This document shows, in pieces, positions 9,981-20,252 of a stretch of 64,000 bases of DNA (position 1 is its first letter; the number at the start of each line of letters is the position of its first letter). Below the pieces are notes generated by a model. It was not told the DNA's origin. It saw nothing but the letters and a program-made list of their open reading frames with translations, and ran no database searches. The DNA is taken from positions 62,001-126,000 of the forward strand of contig NZ_MWQY01000008.1 in NCBI RefSeq assembly GCF_002087085.1, given 5' to 3'. Both the position numbers and the translations under genes were made by a program.

Positions 9981-10972
9981 AGATTCCCGATGCTGGCGGC
10001 CATGACCGCTTTGATGGTGTGCATCCTGTTTTCCGCCTGATCAAAAACCACGGAATTCCGGCCTTCAAAGACCTCGTCGCTGACCTCCATGGCATCCAGG
10101 CCGAACTCCTGGTGAACGGCTCTTCCGGTTTCGGTGTTCAGGTCGTGAAACGAGGGCAGGCAGTGAAGAAAGAGCACATCCGGGTTGCCCGTCATTTCCA
10201 GCATCTCGGAGGTTACCTGGTAGTCCTTTAAGAGGGCGATACGCCGGGCAAACTGCTCCTCCTCACCCATGGAGACCCAGACATCGGTATAAATAGCATC
10301 CGCTCCGGCAACACCCCTGGGAATGTCTTCACTGAGCTCGATGACAGCGCCGCTTTGGGCAGCCACCTCCTGCATCTCCTCAAGCAGAGCTGGATCAGGG
10401 AAAAGCTCCCTGGGAGCAACGGCGGTAAAATCGATCCCCATCTTGGCGCAGCCGATGAGCAGGGAGTTTCCCATGTTGTTGCGGGCGTCCCCCACATAGG
10501 CGAGCTTCATATGGGAAAGGGGTTTCGGGACCATCTCCTCCAGGGTCATCAGGTCAGCCAGTACCTGGGTCGGGTGGTAGAGGTCGGTCAATCCGTTCCA
10601 GACGGGAACCCCGGCATGGGCAGCCAGTTCCTCCACGGTTTCCTGATGAAAACCCCGGAACTCAATGCCGTCGTACATCCTTCCCAGCACCCGGGCGGTA
10701 TCTTTAATGGACTCTTTTTTACCCATCTGGCTGTTGGTCAGAAAGGTTACCCTGGCACCCTCGTCGAAGGCGGCGACCTCGAAGGCACAGCGGGTACGGG
10801 TGGAGGTCTTTTCAAAAAGAAGGACGATATTCCGCCCCTCCAGCAGGTTTCCCCGGATACCGGCGCGTTTTTTCCGCTTGAGGTCCAGAGAAAGATCAAG
10901 AAGATAGCGGATCTCCGCTGGGGAAAAATCCTTTAAGGTGATCAGACTGCGACCCTTTAGATTTACCGGCAT
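9977..10972 (-). CDS. argF: Ornithine carbamoyltransferase
   Basis: STRTR, HPTQ, DVWVSMG, HCLP, QAENR motifs; could equally be catabolic ArcB type. Confidence 0.93.
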   Translation of the reverse strand: MPVNLKGRSLITLKDFSPAEIRYLLDLSLDLKRKKRAGIRGNLLEGRNIVLLFEKTSTRTRCAFEVAAFDEGARVTFLTNSQMGKKESIKDTARVLGRMYDGIEFRGFHQETVEELAAHAGVPVWNGLTDLYHPTQVLADLMTLEEMVPKPLSHMKLAYVGDARNNMGNSLLIGCAKMGIDFTAVAPRELFPDPALLEEMQEVAAQSGAVIELSEDIPRGVAGADAIYTDVWVSMGEEEQFARRIALLKDYQVTSEMLEMTGNPDVLFLHCLPSFHDLNTETGRAVHQEFGLDAMEVSDEVFEGRNSVVFDQAENRMHTIKAVMAASIGNL

Positions 10973-11062
10973 ACAGACCTCCGTCAATTCAGATTTCGAA
11001 AAAAGGAAAAAACCAGTATAATCAGAGAGCAACACCCAGGGCAAGAGTTTTTCTCTCCCAGG

Positions 11063-12205
11063 TCACGCCCTGAATCCTCCGCCTTTCCTGCGGAACTGCG
11101 CCGGCGTCATTCCGGTCTGTTCACGGAAACGGAAAAAAAACCGCTGCACCGACCCAAAGCCGGACTCCCCGGCAACGGCCTCCATTGTCTTGTCGGTACT
11201 TCGCAGGATTCGGCCGGCAACCCGAATCTTCTGGACAGTCAGTGCCTGATGCAGGGTCTGTCCGGTTTCCCGTTTAAAACGGGTTTCCAGACTCCTTCTT
11301 CCCGAGGCAAGTTCATCAACCAGATCGGCGACCTTCTTACGGTGCCCATCACTGCCGCGGATAATGCGAAGGGCGGAGACCACCAGGGGATCGCTGCTGG
11401 CATACGAGGAGGTGGATTCCCTTTCAATGATATCCCCGGGCGGGACCTCAACTGTATTCACCCCCGGGTCTGCCCTCTCCCCGGAATCCATGAGCTGATC
11501 AAGCTGTGCAGCAGCCAGGGCACCAATTCTTTCCAGGTTCAACGCTATGGAGGAGAGGGAGGGATTTGCCAGTTCACAGGGGATGTCCTCGTTATCGACA
11601 CCCAGAATGGCTATCTGCCCAGGTACATCGAATCCTTCAGCGGCGCATACGCTGCTTACCCTGAGTCCGACCTTGTCGTTACAGGCAAAGAGTCCCACCG
11701 GGCCGGGAAGCCCTTCCAGAAAGGAAGCGAGCTCTTTACTGAAGTTTTCCAGGAGCCACCAGCGAAGGGGCCGCAAAAAAACCGGCAGATCCGGCTGCCC
11801 GGTCTCATGCATGAAACCCGACAGACGCTGCCGTGACCACTCTCCCGGCGAGGTTCCGCAGTAGGCAAAACTGGAAAAACCCTTCTCCATAAAATGCCGC
11901 CCCGCCAGCCTGCCGGTCTGATAGTCATCGTTGGAAACCCTGCGGACCCGGGGCATCACGAAGGCATTGGCAACATCCACCACCGGGCATGTGAGTCCCG
12001 ACAGGCCGGATACCTGTTCCGCAAATTCCAGGCGGGTAATAACACCGTCGCCGTCCCATGCAGGAAGATCCTCCAGGGGAGAGAACATCCAGCCCTGCCC
12101 GTAGAGCCGCCAATCCGGTTTATTCCTGGCATATTTTACAATGCCCCGGGCAACGCCGTGATCATAATAGTCGGAAAGCCCCATCCCCAGGGCGATGCGT
12201 TTCAT
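11063..12205 (-). CDS. XylR-type regulator (periplasmic-binding-like fold plus AraC HTH)
   Basis: GLFACND, VPGQIAILGVDN, C-terminal AraC HTH (GFGSVQRFFFRFREQTGMTP). Confidence 0.88.
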   Translation of the reverse strand: MKRIALGMGLSDYYDHGVARGIVKYARNKPDWRLYGQGWMFSPLEDLPAWDGDGVITRLEFAEQVSGLSGLTCPVVDVANAFVMPRVRRVSNDDYQTGRLAGRHFMEKGFSSFAYCGTSPGEWSRQRLSGFMHETGQPDLPVFLRPLRWWLLENFSKELASFLEGLPGPVGLFACNDKVGLRVSSVCAAEGFDVPGQIAILGVDNEDIPCELANPSLSSIALNLERIGALAAAQLDQLMDSGERADPGVNTVEVPPGDIIERESTSSYASSDPLVVSALRIIRGSDGHRKKVADLVDELASGRRSLETRFKRETGQTLHQALTVQKIRVAGRILRSTDKTMEAVAGESGFGSVQRFFFRFREQTGMTPAQFRRKGGGFRA

Positions 12206-12306
12206 TTCATGAGTATAACAGGAAATCCGGTTTCTTGCGTTATTCGGTATGAGCTATGCGCATTTTGCGCATTGCCGGGAGGAGCCGGGGGATTCATAAT
12301 TGCAGA

Positions 12307-13356
12307 ATGAATACCAGAAAGCTGCACCACAGCCTTGGAAAAACCGGGATCCGCGTACCCGAACTGATCTTCGGTACCAGCGCCCTGGGAAACCTCTATC
12401 GTGAACTCGACGGCGAGTCCAAAGAGCAGATCGTTGAAGGCTGGTTCAAGGCGATCCCCTCCCCGGTCTGCATCGACAGCGCCGGAAAATACGGCGCCGG
12501 TCTGGCCCTGGAAGAGATCGGCAAAGCTCTCCGACGCCTGGGAAAACAGGCCCGGGATATCGTCATAAGCAACAAGCTCGGCTGGAAGCGGATTCCCCTC
12601 CGGGAGACGGAACCGACCTTTGAGCCCGGGGTCTGGAAGAACCTGCACCATGACGCGGTGCAATCCATCGGCTACGAAGGAATCCTGGAGTGCTGGGAGC
12701 AGGGGAACACCCTGCTGGGAGAGGGCTGCAGGGCAGAGCTGCTTTCGGTCCATGACCCTGACGAGTACCTGGCGGCCGCAGCATCAGAGACGGACAGGGC
12801 AGAACGATTTCGGGATATCCGGGAAGCCTACCGTGCCCTGGAAGATCTTAAACGCTCCGGTGATGCCGCCGCCATCGGAATCGGATCCAAGGACTGGAGG
12901 GTAATCCGGGAGGTCCTGGAAAAGGTTGAGGTCGACTGGATCATGCTGGCCGACAGTCTGACGATATATACCCATCCCGGGGAGCTTCTCAGCTTTATTG
13001 CGGAACTGGATAAGAACGGGGTCTATGTAATCAACTCCGCCCTCTTTAATTCCGGCTTTCTGGTGGGGGGAGCCTACTTTGACTACAGACCGGTTGATCC
13101 ATCGGGATCTCCGGAGCTGTTTCGGTGGCGGGAGAAATTCAACCGGGTGTGCCGGCAGTATGCGGTAAGCCCCGCGGAGGCCTGCATCGAGTTCGGGCTG
13201 GCTCCAAAGGCGGTCAGGTCAGTCGCTCTGAATACGACACGACCTGAACGTATTGCAGAGAATGTGGCCAGCCTGGAGAGTCGGGCACCCCGGGAGTTCT
13301 GGGATACCCTTCTTGAACAGGGCCTGATCTCCGTAACGCCGGAGCAGCTCAGATGA
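12307..13356 (+). CDS. Aldo/keto reductase, D-threo-aldose/L-fucose 1-dehydrogenase-like
   Basis: FGTSALGNLY, DSAGKYGAG, VHDPDEY, FNSGFL; fucose gene context. Confidence 0.8.
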   Translation: MNTRKLHHSLGKTGIRVPELIFGTSALGNLYRELDGESKEQIVEGWFKAIPSPVCIDSAGKYGAGLALEEIGKALRRLGKQARDIVISNKLGWKRIPLRETEPTFEPGVWKNLHHDAVQSIGYEGILECWEQGNTLLGEGCRAELLSVHDPDEYLAAAASETDRAERFRDIREAYRALEDLKRSGDAAAIGIGSKDWRVIREVLEKVEVDWIMLADSLTIYTHPGELLSFIAELDKNGVYVINSALFNSGFLVGGAYFDYRPVDPSGSPELFRWREKFNRVCRQYAVSPAEACIEFGLAPKAVRSVALNTTRPERIAENVASLESRAPREFWDTLLEQGLISVTPEQLR

Positions 13357-14204
13357 GCAGGGTCATCGATTCCCACCACCATCTCTGGAACTTTTCCGAA
13401 GCGGAGTATGACTGGATACGCCGGGACATGAGCGTACTGAGACAGGATTTTACCCCCGAAATGCTCTATTCGGAGCTTGCCGCCTCGGGTATCGACGGAT
13501 GCGTGGCGGTGCAGGCCCGGCAGAGCCTGGAAGAGACCGACCGGCTGCTGGCCCTGGCGAAGGACTCCCCCTTCATAAAGGGCGTTATCGGCTGGTTCCC
13601 CTTACAGAACGACAGCGTGGAAAAGGAGATAGCATCCAGAGTCGAAGGCGGACCCGACAGACACCTGGTGGGTGTTCGACACGTGGTAGAGGATGAGCCG
13701 GACCCCCGCTTCATCCTGGGGGAGAGTTTCAACCGCGGTGTAGGTCTTTTGGAGAATTACGGGCTGGTGTACGATATCCTCGTAAACGAGGGGCAGCTTC
13801 CGGAGGTCCTTGAGTTCGTGGACCGCCATCCCCGGCAAATCTTCGTTCTGGACCACCTTGCCAAACCGCGCATCGCCGCGGGAGAGCTCCACCCCTGGAA
13901 AAAAAACCTGAAGGCCCTTGCCGGGAGGGAGAACGTGTATTGTAAAATCTCCGGGCTGGTCACCGAGGCCGACTGGCACAGCTGGACCCCCGATGACCTC
14001 AAGCCCTACCTGGATACAGCCTTTGAAGCCTTTGGTGCCCGACGGCTCATGTTCGGCAGCGACTGGCCGGTCTGCCTGCTGGCCTCCAGCTACCGGAAAT
14101 GGTACCGGACACTGGCCGTTTACTGCGCCGGGCTGAGTTCCGACGAGAAGGAAGCTGTATTCTCCGGGAACGCGGAGAAAATATACAGACTGGGGCTTTC
14201 ATGA
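13353..14204 (+). CDS. Amidohydrolase_2, L-fucono-1,5-lactonase-like
   Basis: DSHHHLW, VLDHLAKP, CKISGL, MFGSDWPV. Confidence 0.85.
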   Translation: MSRVIDSHHHLWNFSEAEYDWIRRDMSVLRQDFTPEMLYSELAASGIDGCVAVQARQSLEETDRLLALAKDSPFIKGVIGWFPLQNDSVEKEIASRVEGGPDRHLVGVRHVVEDEPDPRFILGESFNRGVGLLENYGLVYDILVNEGQLPEVLEFVDRHPRQIFVLDHLAKPRIAAGELHPWKKNLKALAGRENVYCKISGLVTEADWHSWTPDDLKPYLDTAFEAFGARRLMFGSDWPVCLLASSYRKWYRTLAVYCAGLSSDEKEAVFSGNAEKIYRLGLS

Positions 14205-14297
14205 GAAGCATCCGGAATGCAGAAAGCCCGGGGACCGCAGCGGGCCCGGGGCGTATTTTTCTTGAGGCCACAGAAAAGCCGGGATATACTGCTTTCG

Positions 14298-15863
14298 ATG
14301 TATAGACTGATTCTTGTGGATGACGAGGCAATAATTCGCGACGGCATCTCCTCCTGCCTGCCCTGGGAAACGAACGGTTTTATACTGGCGGGGATGTTCG
14401 AACACGGTGTTCAGGCCCTGGATTACCTGAAAAACAACCATGTGGACGTGGTAATCTCGGATATAAACATGCCGCGAATGGACGGTCTGGAGCTGAGCGG
14501 CCACATCTCCCGAACCTTTCCCGAAACCGAGGTGATTATACTTACCGGTTTCGATGATTTCGAATACGCCCAGGAAGCGGTAAAATACCATGTCCGGGAC
14601 TTTCTGCTGAAGCCGATAACCGCCGCAGAGCTGGGAACGGCCCTGGAAAAGGTAAAAAAGGAGCTGGACGAAAAAAAAGCCGCCAGAGCTCTGCAGGAAC
14701 AGATGAAGGAGAAACTCGAGCAGAGCTTTCCCCTGCTGCGGGAGCGTTTTCTCTACCGTCTTGCCTCGGGAAAGCTCGAAACGGAGATCATACAGAGGAG
14801 GAAGGAGTACTTCCAGTGGGAGGATCTTGGCTGCTTTTATCAGGTTCTGATGCTGGAGATCCCCGTATTCTGGAGTGAACTGGAGCGGATCGCCCTCTCC
14901 GAATCCGTCAGATCGGATATAGCCGAATATGATGAAGTTTTTACCGACCAGGAGGAGAACCTCGTCCTGCTTCTTCAGGAAAAGGATGAAGAAGCCATGA
15001 CCTTCAAGACCCGAGAAATTGCCCAGGGTGCGTACAGGGAGGTATCACGGCTTCGGAAGGACCAGATCGCCGCAGGATGCGGTCGTATTGTCAGCTCCCT
15101 AGCGGATCTTCCGGGGGCCTTCGAAGGCGCCCGGAACGCCCTGGATTACTCCAGGGTACTCGGTCTTTCCCAGATAGTATTCATTGACGAGGTACGGAAC
15201 AGAAAAACCATCTCCCCCGAAGGCTTCACCCTGTATTCCGGCAGAATCCTCGATCAGCTCAAGGCCGGGTGCGAGCGGCAGACACGGGAAGCGATGGATG
15301 AACTCTTCCACTATCTGGAAAACCACTATCTGACCATGAACGAGGCGGCATACTATTTTATCCGGCTCCACTCCATTCTGCTCTATTTTCTGCAGGAGAT
15401 GGATCTTTCCCCGGAGGATCAGTCCCTCCTCTCCTATCAGCCGGACTGCTTCCATTCCCTGCGGGATGCCCAGGGCTTCTTCAATCGCATGATCGAGGAG
15501 ATAGAACGCTGTATCCGAAAGCGGCGTCACGAGATGATGCTTTCCCGGGTGGAGAAGGCGAAGAAGATAATCGCCGAGGAGTATACCGATCCGGCTTTTT
15601 CCCTGAGCAGGATGTGTGATCAGCTCTACCTTTCCACCAGCCAGTTCAGCGTGCTCTTCAAGGAGGGGACGGGACAGACCTTTGTGGAATACCTGACCTC
15701 CTTCAGGATCAATGCCGCCAAACAGCTTCTCAAAACCACCGACCTGAAAAGTTACGAGATCGCCGAGCGAACAGGATATACCGACCCCCGGTATTTTTCC
15801 CTCCTGTTCAAGAAAAACACGAACATGACCCCCATGGAATACCGGAAGAGTCTTGAACAATGA
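14298..15863 (+). CDS. YesN-type response regulator (REC plus AraC)
   Basis: LVDDE, SDINMPRMDG, FLLKP; C-terminal AraC HTH. Confidence 0.92.
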   Translation: MYRLILVDDEAIIRDGISSCLPWETNGFILAGMFEHGVQALDYLKNNHVDVVISDINMPRMDGLELSGHISRTFPETEVIILTGFDDFEYAQEAVKYHVRDFLLKPITAAELGTALEKVKKELDEKKAARALQEQMKEKLEQSFPLLRERFLYRLASGKLETEIIQRRKEYFQWEDLGCFYQVLMLEIPVFWSELERIALSESVRSDIAEYDEVFTDQEENLVLLLQEKDEEAMTFKTREIAQGAYREVSRLRKDQIAAGCGRIVSSLADLPGAFEGARNALDYSRVLGLSQIVFIDEVRNRKTISPEGFTLYSGRILDQLKAGCERQTREAMDELFHYLENHYLTMNEAAYYFIRLHSILLYFLQEMDLSPEDQSLLSYQPDCFHSLRDAQGFFNRMIEEIERCIRKRRHEMMLSRVEKAKKIIAEEYTDPAFSLSRMCDQLYLSTSQFSVLFKEGTGQTFVEYLTSFRINAAKQLLKTTDLKSYEIAERTGYTDPRYFSLLFKKNTNMTPMEYRKSLEQ

Positions 15864-17644
15864 GACGATTTATCAGCTTCGGTACCCTGGGTTCCCGCAT
15901 ATATATCACCTTTACGGTAATGATCTTCGCCACCATCTTTATCATGCAGCTGGTTGCCTTCCGCTTTACCCTGACCACAGTTCGTAACTCGACCCTGGAA
16001 ACAAATCAGGCCATGCTGGGGCAGCTCACCCGGCAGATAGACTCTTACATCCAGGGGATGGAAAAGATCGCTTCGGCGGTTCTGGAGAATCCTGAACTTC
16101 AGCGTCTGCTGGAGGGAGATGGGATCGAAGGAGACCGCAGCGCAGTGGAGACAATGCTGGCTCATTATATACAGGCCCGGGACGACATCTCTGAAATACT
16201 CATTTTTCCCCCCGGGGGTTCCGTTATATCCAGCGATCCGGATATGGAGATAAACCCCTGGACTGACTATACCCTCCGCCCCTGGTATGTAAAGGCCCTT
16301 GCCGCCGAAGGAAAAACCGTTGTATCCGGTTCCTACGTCCAGAATCTGGTCAGGGGACAGTACTCCTGGGTGGTTTCCCTGAGCCGGCAGATCAATACCA
16401 GACACAGGGCAAGCACCCCCGGAATACTCCTTGTAGACCTCAAGTTCAACAGGATACAGGAGCTGTGCCAGTCCATGGTTATCGGCAAGAAAGGATACAA
16501 CTTCGTTATAGACGAGCAGGGAAATTACGTCTTCCACCCGACCCAGCAGCTGGTCTACAGCGACCTGAAAAACGAACCCATCGACCGGATAATAAACCTG
16601 GTCGAAGACAGTGAACGCATAACCTACAGTGACGGGGAACGCTACTTCATGGTGGACACATCTCCCCTTACCGGCTGGCACATGGTGAGCGTCCTCAGAT
16701 CCGACGACATCATCACCGAATGGCGGAACGTTCAGGCCGGTTACGCCATAATAGGACTTGTACTCTTTCTTATCGTAGGAATCGCCACCAACACCGTCAC
16801 CCTGGGAATTACCAAGCCTATCAGGCAGCTGCAGGAAACCATGAAGAGCGTCGATACAGGAGATTTTCAGCTGGTCGGCCGTATCAGGGCAACGGATGAA
16901 ATCCAGGAGCTTGCCCGGGAGTACGACATAATGGTAACAAGAATCCGGGAACTGATGCAGGAGAACATTCAGGAGCAGGAGCTCAAACGGAAGAGCGACC
17001 TGAAGGCCCTGCAGGCCCAGATAAATCCCCACTTTCTCTACAATACCCTGGATTCAATCATCTGGATGGGAGAAATGCAGCAGAATTCAGCGGTGGTTCT
17101 CATGACCTCCGCCCTGGCACGACTCTTCCGCATCAGCATCAGCAAGGGACGGGAGCTGATCTCCATAAAGGACGAAATAGACCATGTACAATCCTATCTG
17201 ACCATCGAGGAGATGCGCTATCGGAACAAATTCGACTACGTGATCGATGTGGACCCCGGCCTCTACGAGTTCGAGATACTGAAGATAACCCTTCAGCCCC
17301 TGGTGGAAAACGCCATATACCACGGCATCAAGGAGATTGATGAAAAGGGCCGCATAAGCATCCGGGGCAGAAAGGAGGACGAGACAATCGTGTTTACCGT
17401 CCAGGATAACGGCAGAGGTATGGCACCGGAGCAGCTCCGGCTTCTGAACTCGGCCCTGCAGCACCCCTTCATGGAGCAGGGGCGTCATGCCCGGGGCGGC
17501 ATGGGGGTGGGAATCCGGAATGTACACGCCCGGCTCAGGCTCTACTTCGGTGAGGATTTCGGTATCTCCTGCAGAAGCCGCCGCGGAGAGGGAACCACGA
17601 TAACAATTGTTTTCCCGGCGAGAAAAGGAGAGTCCACGGTATGA
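15860..17644 (+). CDS. YesM/LytS-type sensor histidine kinase (Cache-HAMP)
   Basis: LQAQINPHFLYNTL, LQPLVENAIYHG, DNGRG, GVGIRNV. Confidence 0.93.
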   Translation: MRRFISFGTLGSRIYITFTVMIFATIFIMQLVAFRFTLTTVRNSTLETNQAMLGQLTRQIDSYIQGMEKIASAVLENPELQRLLEGDGIEGDRSAVETMLAHYIQARDDISEILIFPPGGSVISSDPDMEINPWTDYTLRPWYVKALAAEGKTVVSGSYVQNLVRGQYSWVVSLSRQINTRHRASTPGILLVDLKFNRIQELCQSMVIGKKGYNFVIDEQGNYVFHPTQQLVYSDLKNEPIDRIINLVEDSERITYSDGERYFMVDTSPLTGWHMVSVLRSDDIITEWRNVQAGYAIIGLVLFLIVGIATNTVTLGITKPIRQLQETMKSVDTGDFQLVGRIRATDEIQELAREYDIMVTRIRELMQENIQEQELKRKSDLKALQAQINPHFLYNTLDSIIWMGEMQQNSAVVLMTSALARLFRISISKGRELISIKDEIDHVQSYLTIEEMRYRNKFDYVIDVDPGLYEFEILKITLQPLVENAIYHGIKEIDEKGRISIRGRKEDETIVFTVQDNGRGMAPEQLRLLNSALQHPFMEQGRHARGGMGVGIRNVHARLRLYFGEDFGISCRSRRGEGTTITIVFPARKGESTV

Positions 17645-18639
17645 AAAAATGGTTCGTTCCCCTCCTCAGCCTGATGGCGGCGCTTGTTCTGTTCATGACC
17701 TTTTCCCTCTTCTTCGACCAGAACATCCCGGAATTGCCGAAACTGGAAAAGCCCGTTCAGATAATCATGAAATCCCGGGAACGGAAACCCATGGACTTCT
17801 GGGAGGTCGCCACCCGGGGAATAGTCGAAGCCGCCCGGGAGTACGGCCTGGAATACGAAATAAGCGGACCCCACTTCGAAAAGGAGATAGACCTCCAGAT
17901 CGAGATCGTCAATAAAATCATCGAACAGCGCCCTCCGCTTATCCTGCTGGCAGCCACTGATTACAAGCGCCTGGTCCCCTCCGTTGAGCGGGCCAGCGAG
18001 CTCGGTATACCCGTAATCACCTTCGACTCCGCTGTGGATTCCACCATCCCCGTCTCCTTTGTCGCCACCGACAACATCGAAGCGGGGGAAAAGGCCGGCA
18101 GGGAGATGAAAAGACTCATAGCTCCGCGGACCAGAAAGGAGATCGCCATCGTCAGCCATATCAAGGAGACCGCTACGGCCATTGACCGGGAAGCGGGGGT
18201 AAGAAATGCCCTGGAGGGGGAAACCATAATCGGAACCTGGTTTATCGATGTGGAGCAGGAAAAAGCCTACAGGACAACCCTGGAACTTCTGAAAAACAGC
18301 AAGCTGGGAGGCATCGTCGCCCTGAACGAAGCCGCGGCTCTGGGCGTCGGGGATGCGATCGCGGAGAAGGGAGCGCAGGACGAGGTACTGGTGGTGGGCT
18401 TTGACAATGCCACGCAGGAGCTTGCCTATCTTGAAGCGGGAGTCATTGACGCCCTGGTGGTCCAGAGACCCTACAATATGGGCTACATGTCGGTAAAAAG
18501 CGCGGCGGAATTCCTTCTTGGAAATCCGATTCCTTCCTTTATAGATACCGGATCCATCCTGATAACCAGGGAAAACATGTTCAGCAGGGAATACCAGGAG
18601 CTCCTCTTTCCCGTTCAGAACGCGGGGCATCCGGAATAA
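17641..18639 (+). CDS. RbsB-like sugar-binding protein (likely sensory partner of the kinase)
   Basis: N-terminal TM anchor, IPVITFDS, VATDN, VVGFD; overlaps the kinase stop. Confidence 0.85.
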   Translation: MKKWFVPLLSLMAALVLFMTFSLFFDQNIPELPKLEKPVQIIMKSRERKPMDFWEVATRGIVEAAREYGLEYEISGPHFEKEIDLQIEIVNKIIEQRPPLILLAATDYKRLVPSVERASELGIPVITFDSAVDSTIPVSFVATDNIEAGEKAGREMKRLIAPRTRKEIAIVSHIKETATAIDREAGVRNALEGETIIGTWFIDVEQEKAYRTTLELLKNSKLGGIVALNEAAALGVGDAIAEKGAQDEVLVVGFDNATQELAYLEAGVIDALVVQRPYNMGYMSVKSAAEFLLGNPIPSFIDTGSILITRENMFSREYQELLFPVQNAGHPE

Positions 18640-18732
18640 CCGGAATATATTCAACATAGTCCGTAAAATTCTCGATTTCGCGATCCCGGAAACGCTGTGA
18701 CAATTGTCATACGATTCCAAGGAGCGCGAGTT

Positions 18733-20235
18733 TTGAAAAAAGAACCAATCCTGTCAATGAAAAATATCGACAAGCGATTTGCAGGAGTCCATGCCCTCAA
18801 GGGGGTGGATTTTGACCTCTACGCGGGAGAGGTACACGCTCTTGTGGGTGAAAACGGAGCCGGAAAATCCACCATGATGAAGGTGCTTACGGGTATTCAT
18901 CCGAAGGATTCCGGTGAGATTTTCTACATGGGGCAGCTCTTCAATCCTTCCGACCCGAAACACGCCCTGGAAATGGGAATCGGGATAATCCATCAGGAAC
19001 TGAACATGATGGACCATCTTACGGTTGCCCAGAACATCTTTATAGGACGGGAATCCACAAAGGGCCGGGGATTGTTCCTGAGCGAGAAAGACCAGAACCG
19101 GCGCACCGAGGAGCTCTTCCGGCACCTGAACATGAAGATTGACCCCACCGAACGCCTGGGAAACCTGACCGTAGGCAAGCAGCAGATGGTGGAAATCGTC
19201 AGGGCAGTATCCCACGACCTGAAGGTCCTGATTCTCGACGAACCGACAGCGGCCCTCACCAACGCGGAAATCGACGAGCTCTTCAGCATTATGCGGGATC
19301 TGGCCTCCCGGGGGGTGGGAATGATCTACATTTCCCACCGCATGGACGAAATCGCCCGCATAACCGACCGGGTAACAGTACTCCGGGACGGTGAATACGT
19401 GGGCACCCGAAATACCACGGAGACCAGCAAGGAAGAGATCATCAACATGATGGTCGGACGGGTCATCTACGAGGAGCCGAAGCAGAAGAGCAACGTGCCG
19501 CAGGATGCCGAGGTTGTGCTCAGGGTACGGGACCTGAACTCCGGCAGGATGGTCAGGAACGTCAGCTTTGAGCTGCGCAGGGGAGAGATCCTCGGTTTCG
19601 CCGGACTCATGGGAGCAGGCAGGACTGAAACAGCCCGGGCCATCTTCGGTGCAGACAGCATCGACAGCGGTATTATCGAAGTCAAGGGGCGGCCGGTAAC
19701 AATACGCTCCCCCATGGACGCGGTCTCCCACGGCATAGGCTACCTTTCGGAGGATCGTAAACGTTACGGCCTCGCCCTAGGTTTGAGCGTGAGCGAAAAC
19801 GCCATACTCCCCACCTATGAATCCTTTGTCAAGAACCTTTTCGTACAGAGCGGCCGGATAGACAGAGTGGTTGGAGAGTACGTGGACAAATTGAACATAA
19901 AAACCCCCTCGTTGGAACAGCTGCTCAAGAACCTCTCCGGAGGGAATCAGCAGAAGGTGGTCATCGCGAAATGGCTTATACGAAACAGCGATATCCTCAT
20001 CTTCGACGAACCGACCCGGGGTATCGATGTCGGGGCCAAGAGCGAAATCTACACCCTTATGAACGAACTGGTTAAGAGCGGGAAGTCCATCATCATGATC
20101 TCTTCGGAACTCCCGGAGATTCTGCGCATGAGCGACCGCATCCTGATCATGTGCGAAGGAAGAAAAACCGGCGAGCTCGATATAAGCGAAGCGAACCAGG
20201 AAGAGATTATGAAATACGCAACCATGCGTAACTGA
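18733..20235 (+). CDS. Sugar ABC transporter ATPase (RbsA/MglA type)
   Basis: GENGAGKST, LSGGNQQK, DEPTRGIDVGAK; TTG start after AAGGAG. Confidence 0.95.
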   Translation: MKKEPILSMKNIDKRFAGVHALKGVDFDLYAGEVHALVGENGAGKSTMMKVLTGIHPKDSGEIFYMGQLFNPSDPKHALEMGIGIIHQELNMMDHLTVAQNIFIGRESTKGRGLFLSEKDQNRRTEELFRHLNMKIDPTERLGNLTVGKQQMVEIVRAVSHDLKVLILDEPTAALTNAEIDELFSIMRDLASRGVGMIYISHRMDEIARITDRVTVLRDGEYVGTRNTTETSKEEIINMMVGRVIYEEPKQKSNVPQDAEVVLRVRDLNSGRMVRNVSFELRRGEILGFAGLMGAGRTETARAIFGADSIDSGIIEVKGRPVTIRSPMDAVSHGIGYLSEDRKRYGLALGLSVSENAILPTYESFVKNLFVQSGRIDRVVGEYVDKLNIKTPSLEQLLKNLSGGNQQKVVIAKWLIRNSDILIFDEPTRGIDVGAKSEIYTLMNELVKSGKSIIMISSELPEILRMSDRILIMCEGRKTGELDISEANQEEIMKYATMRN

Positions 20236-20252
20236 AACAGGAGTCTTGTGCA

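Noticed and set aside
12235..12273. TGCGCA-TTT-TGCGCA and 21-bp-spaced TGCG as the XylR site
   Set aside because: Plausible position but similarity is too low to call
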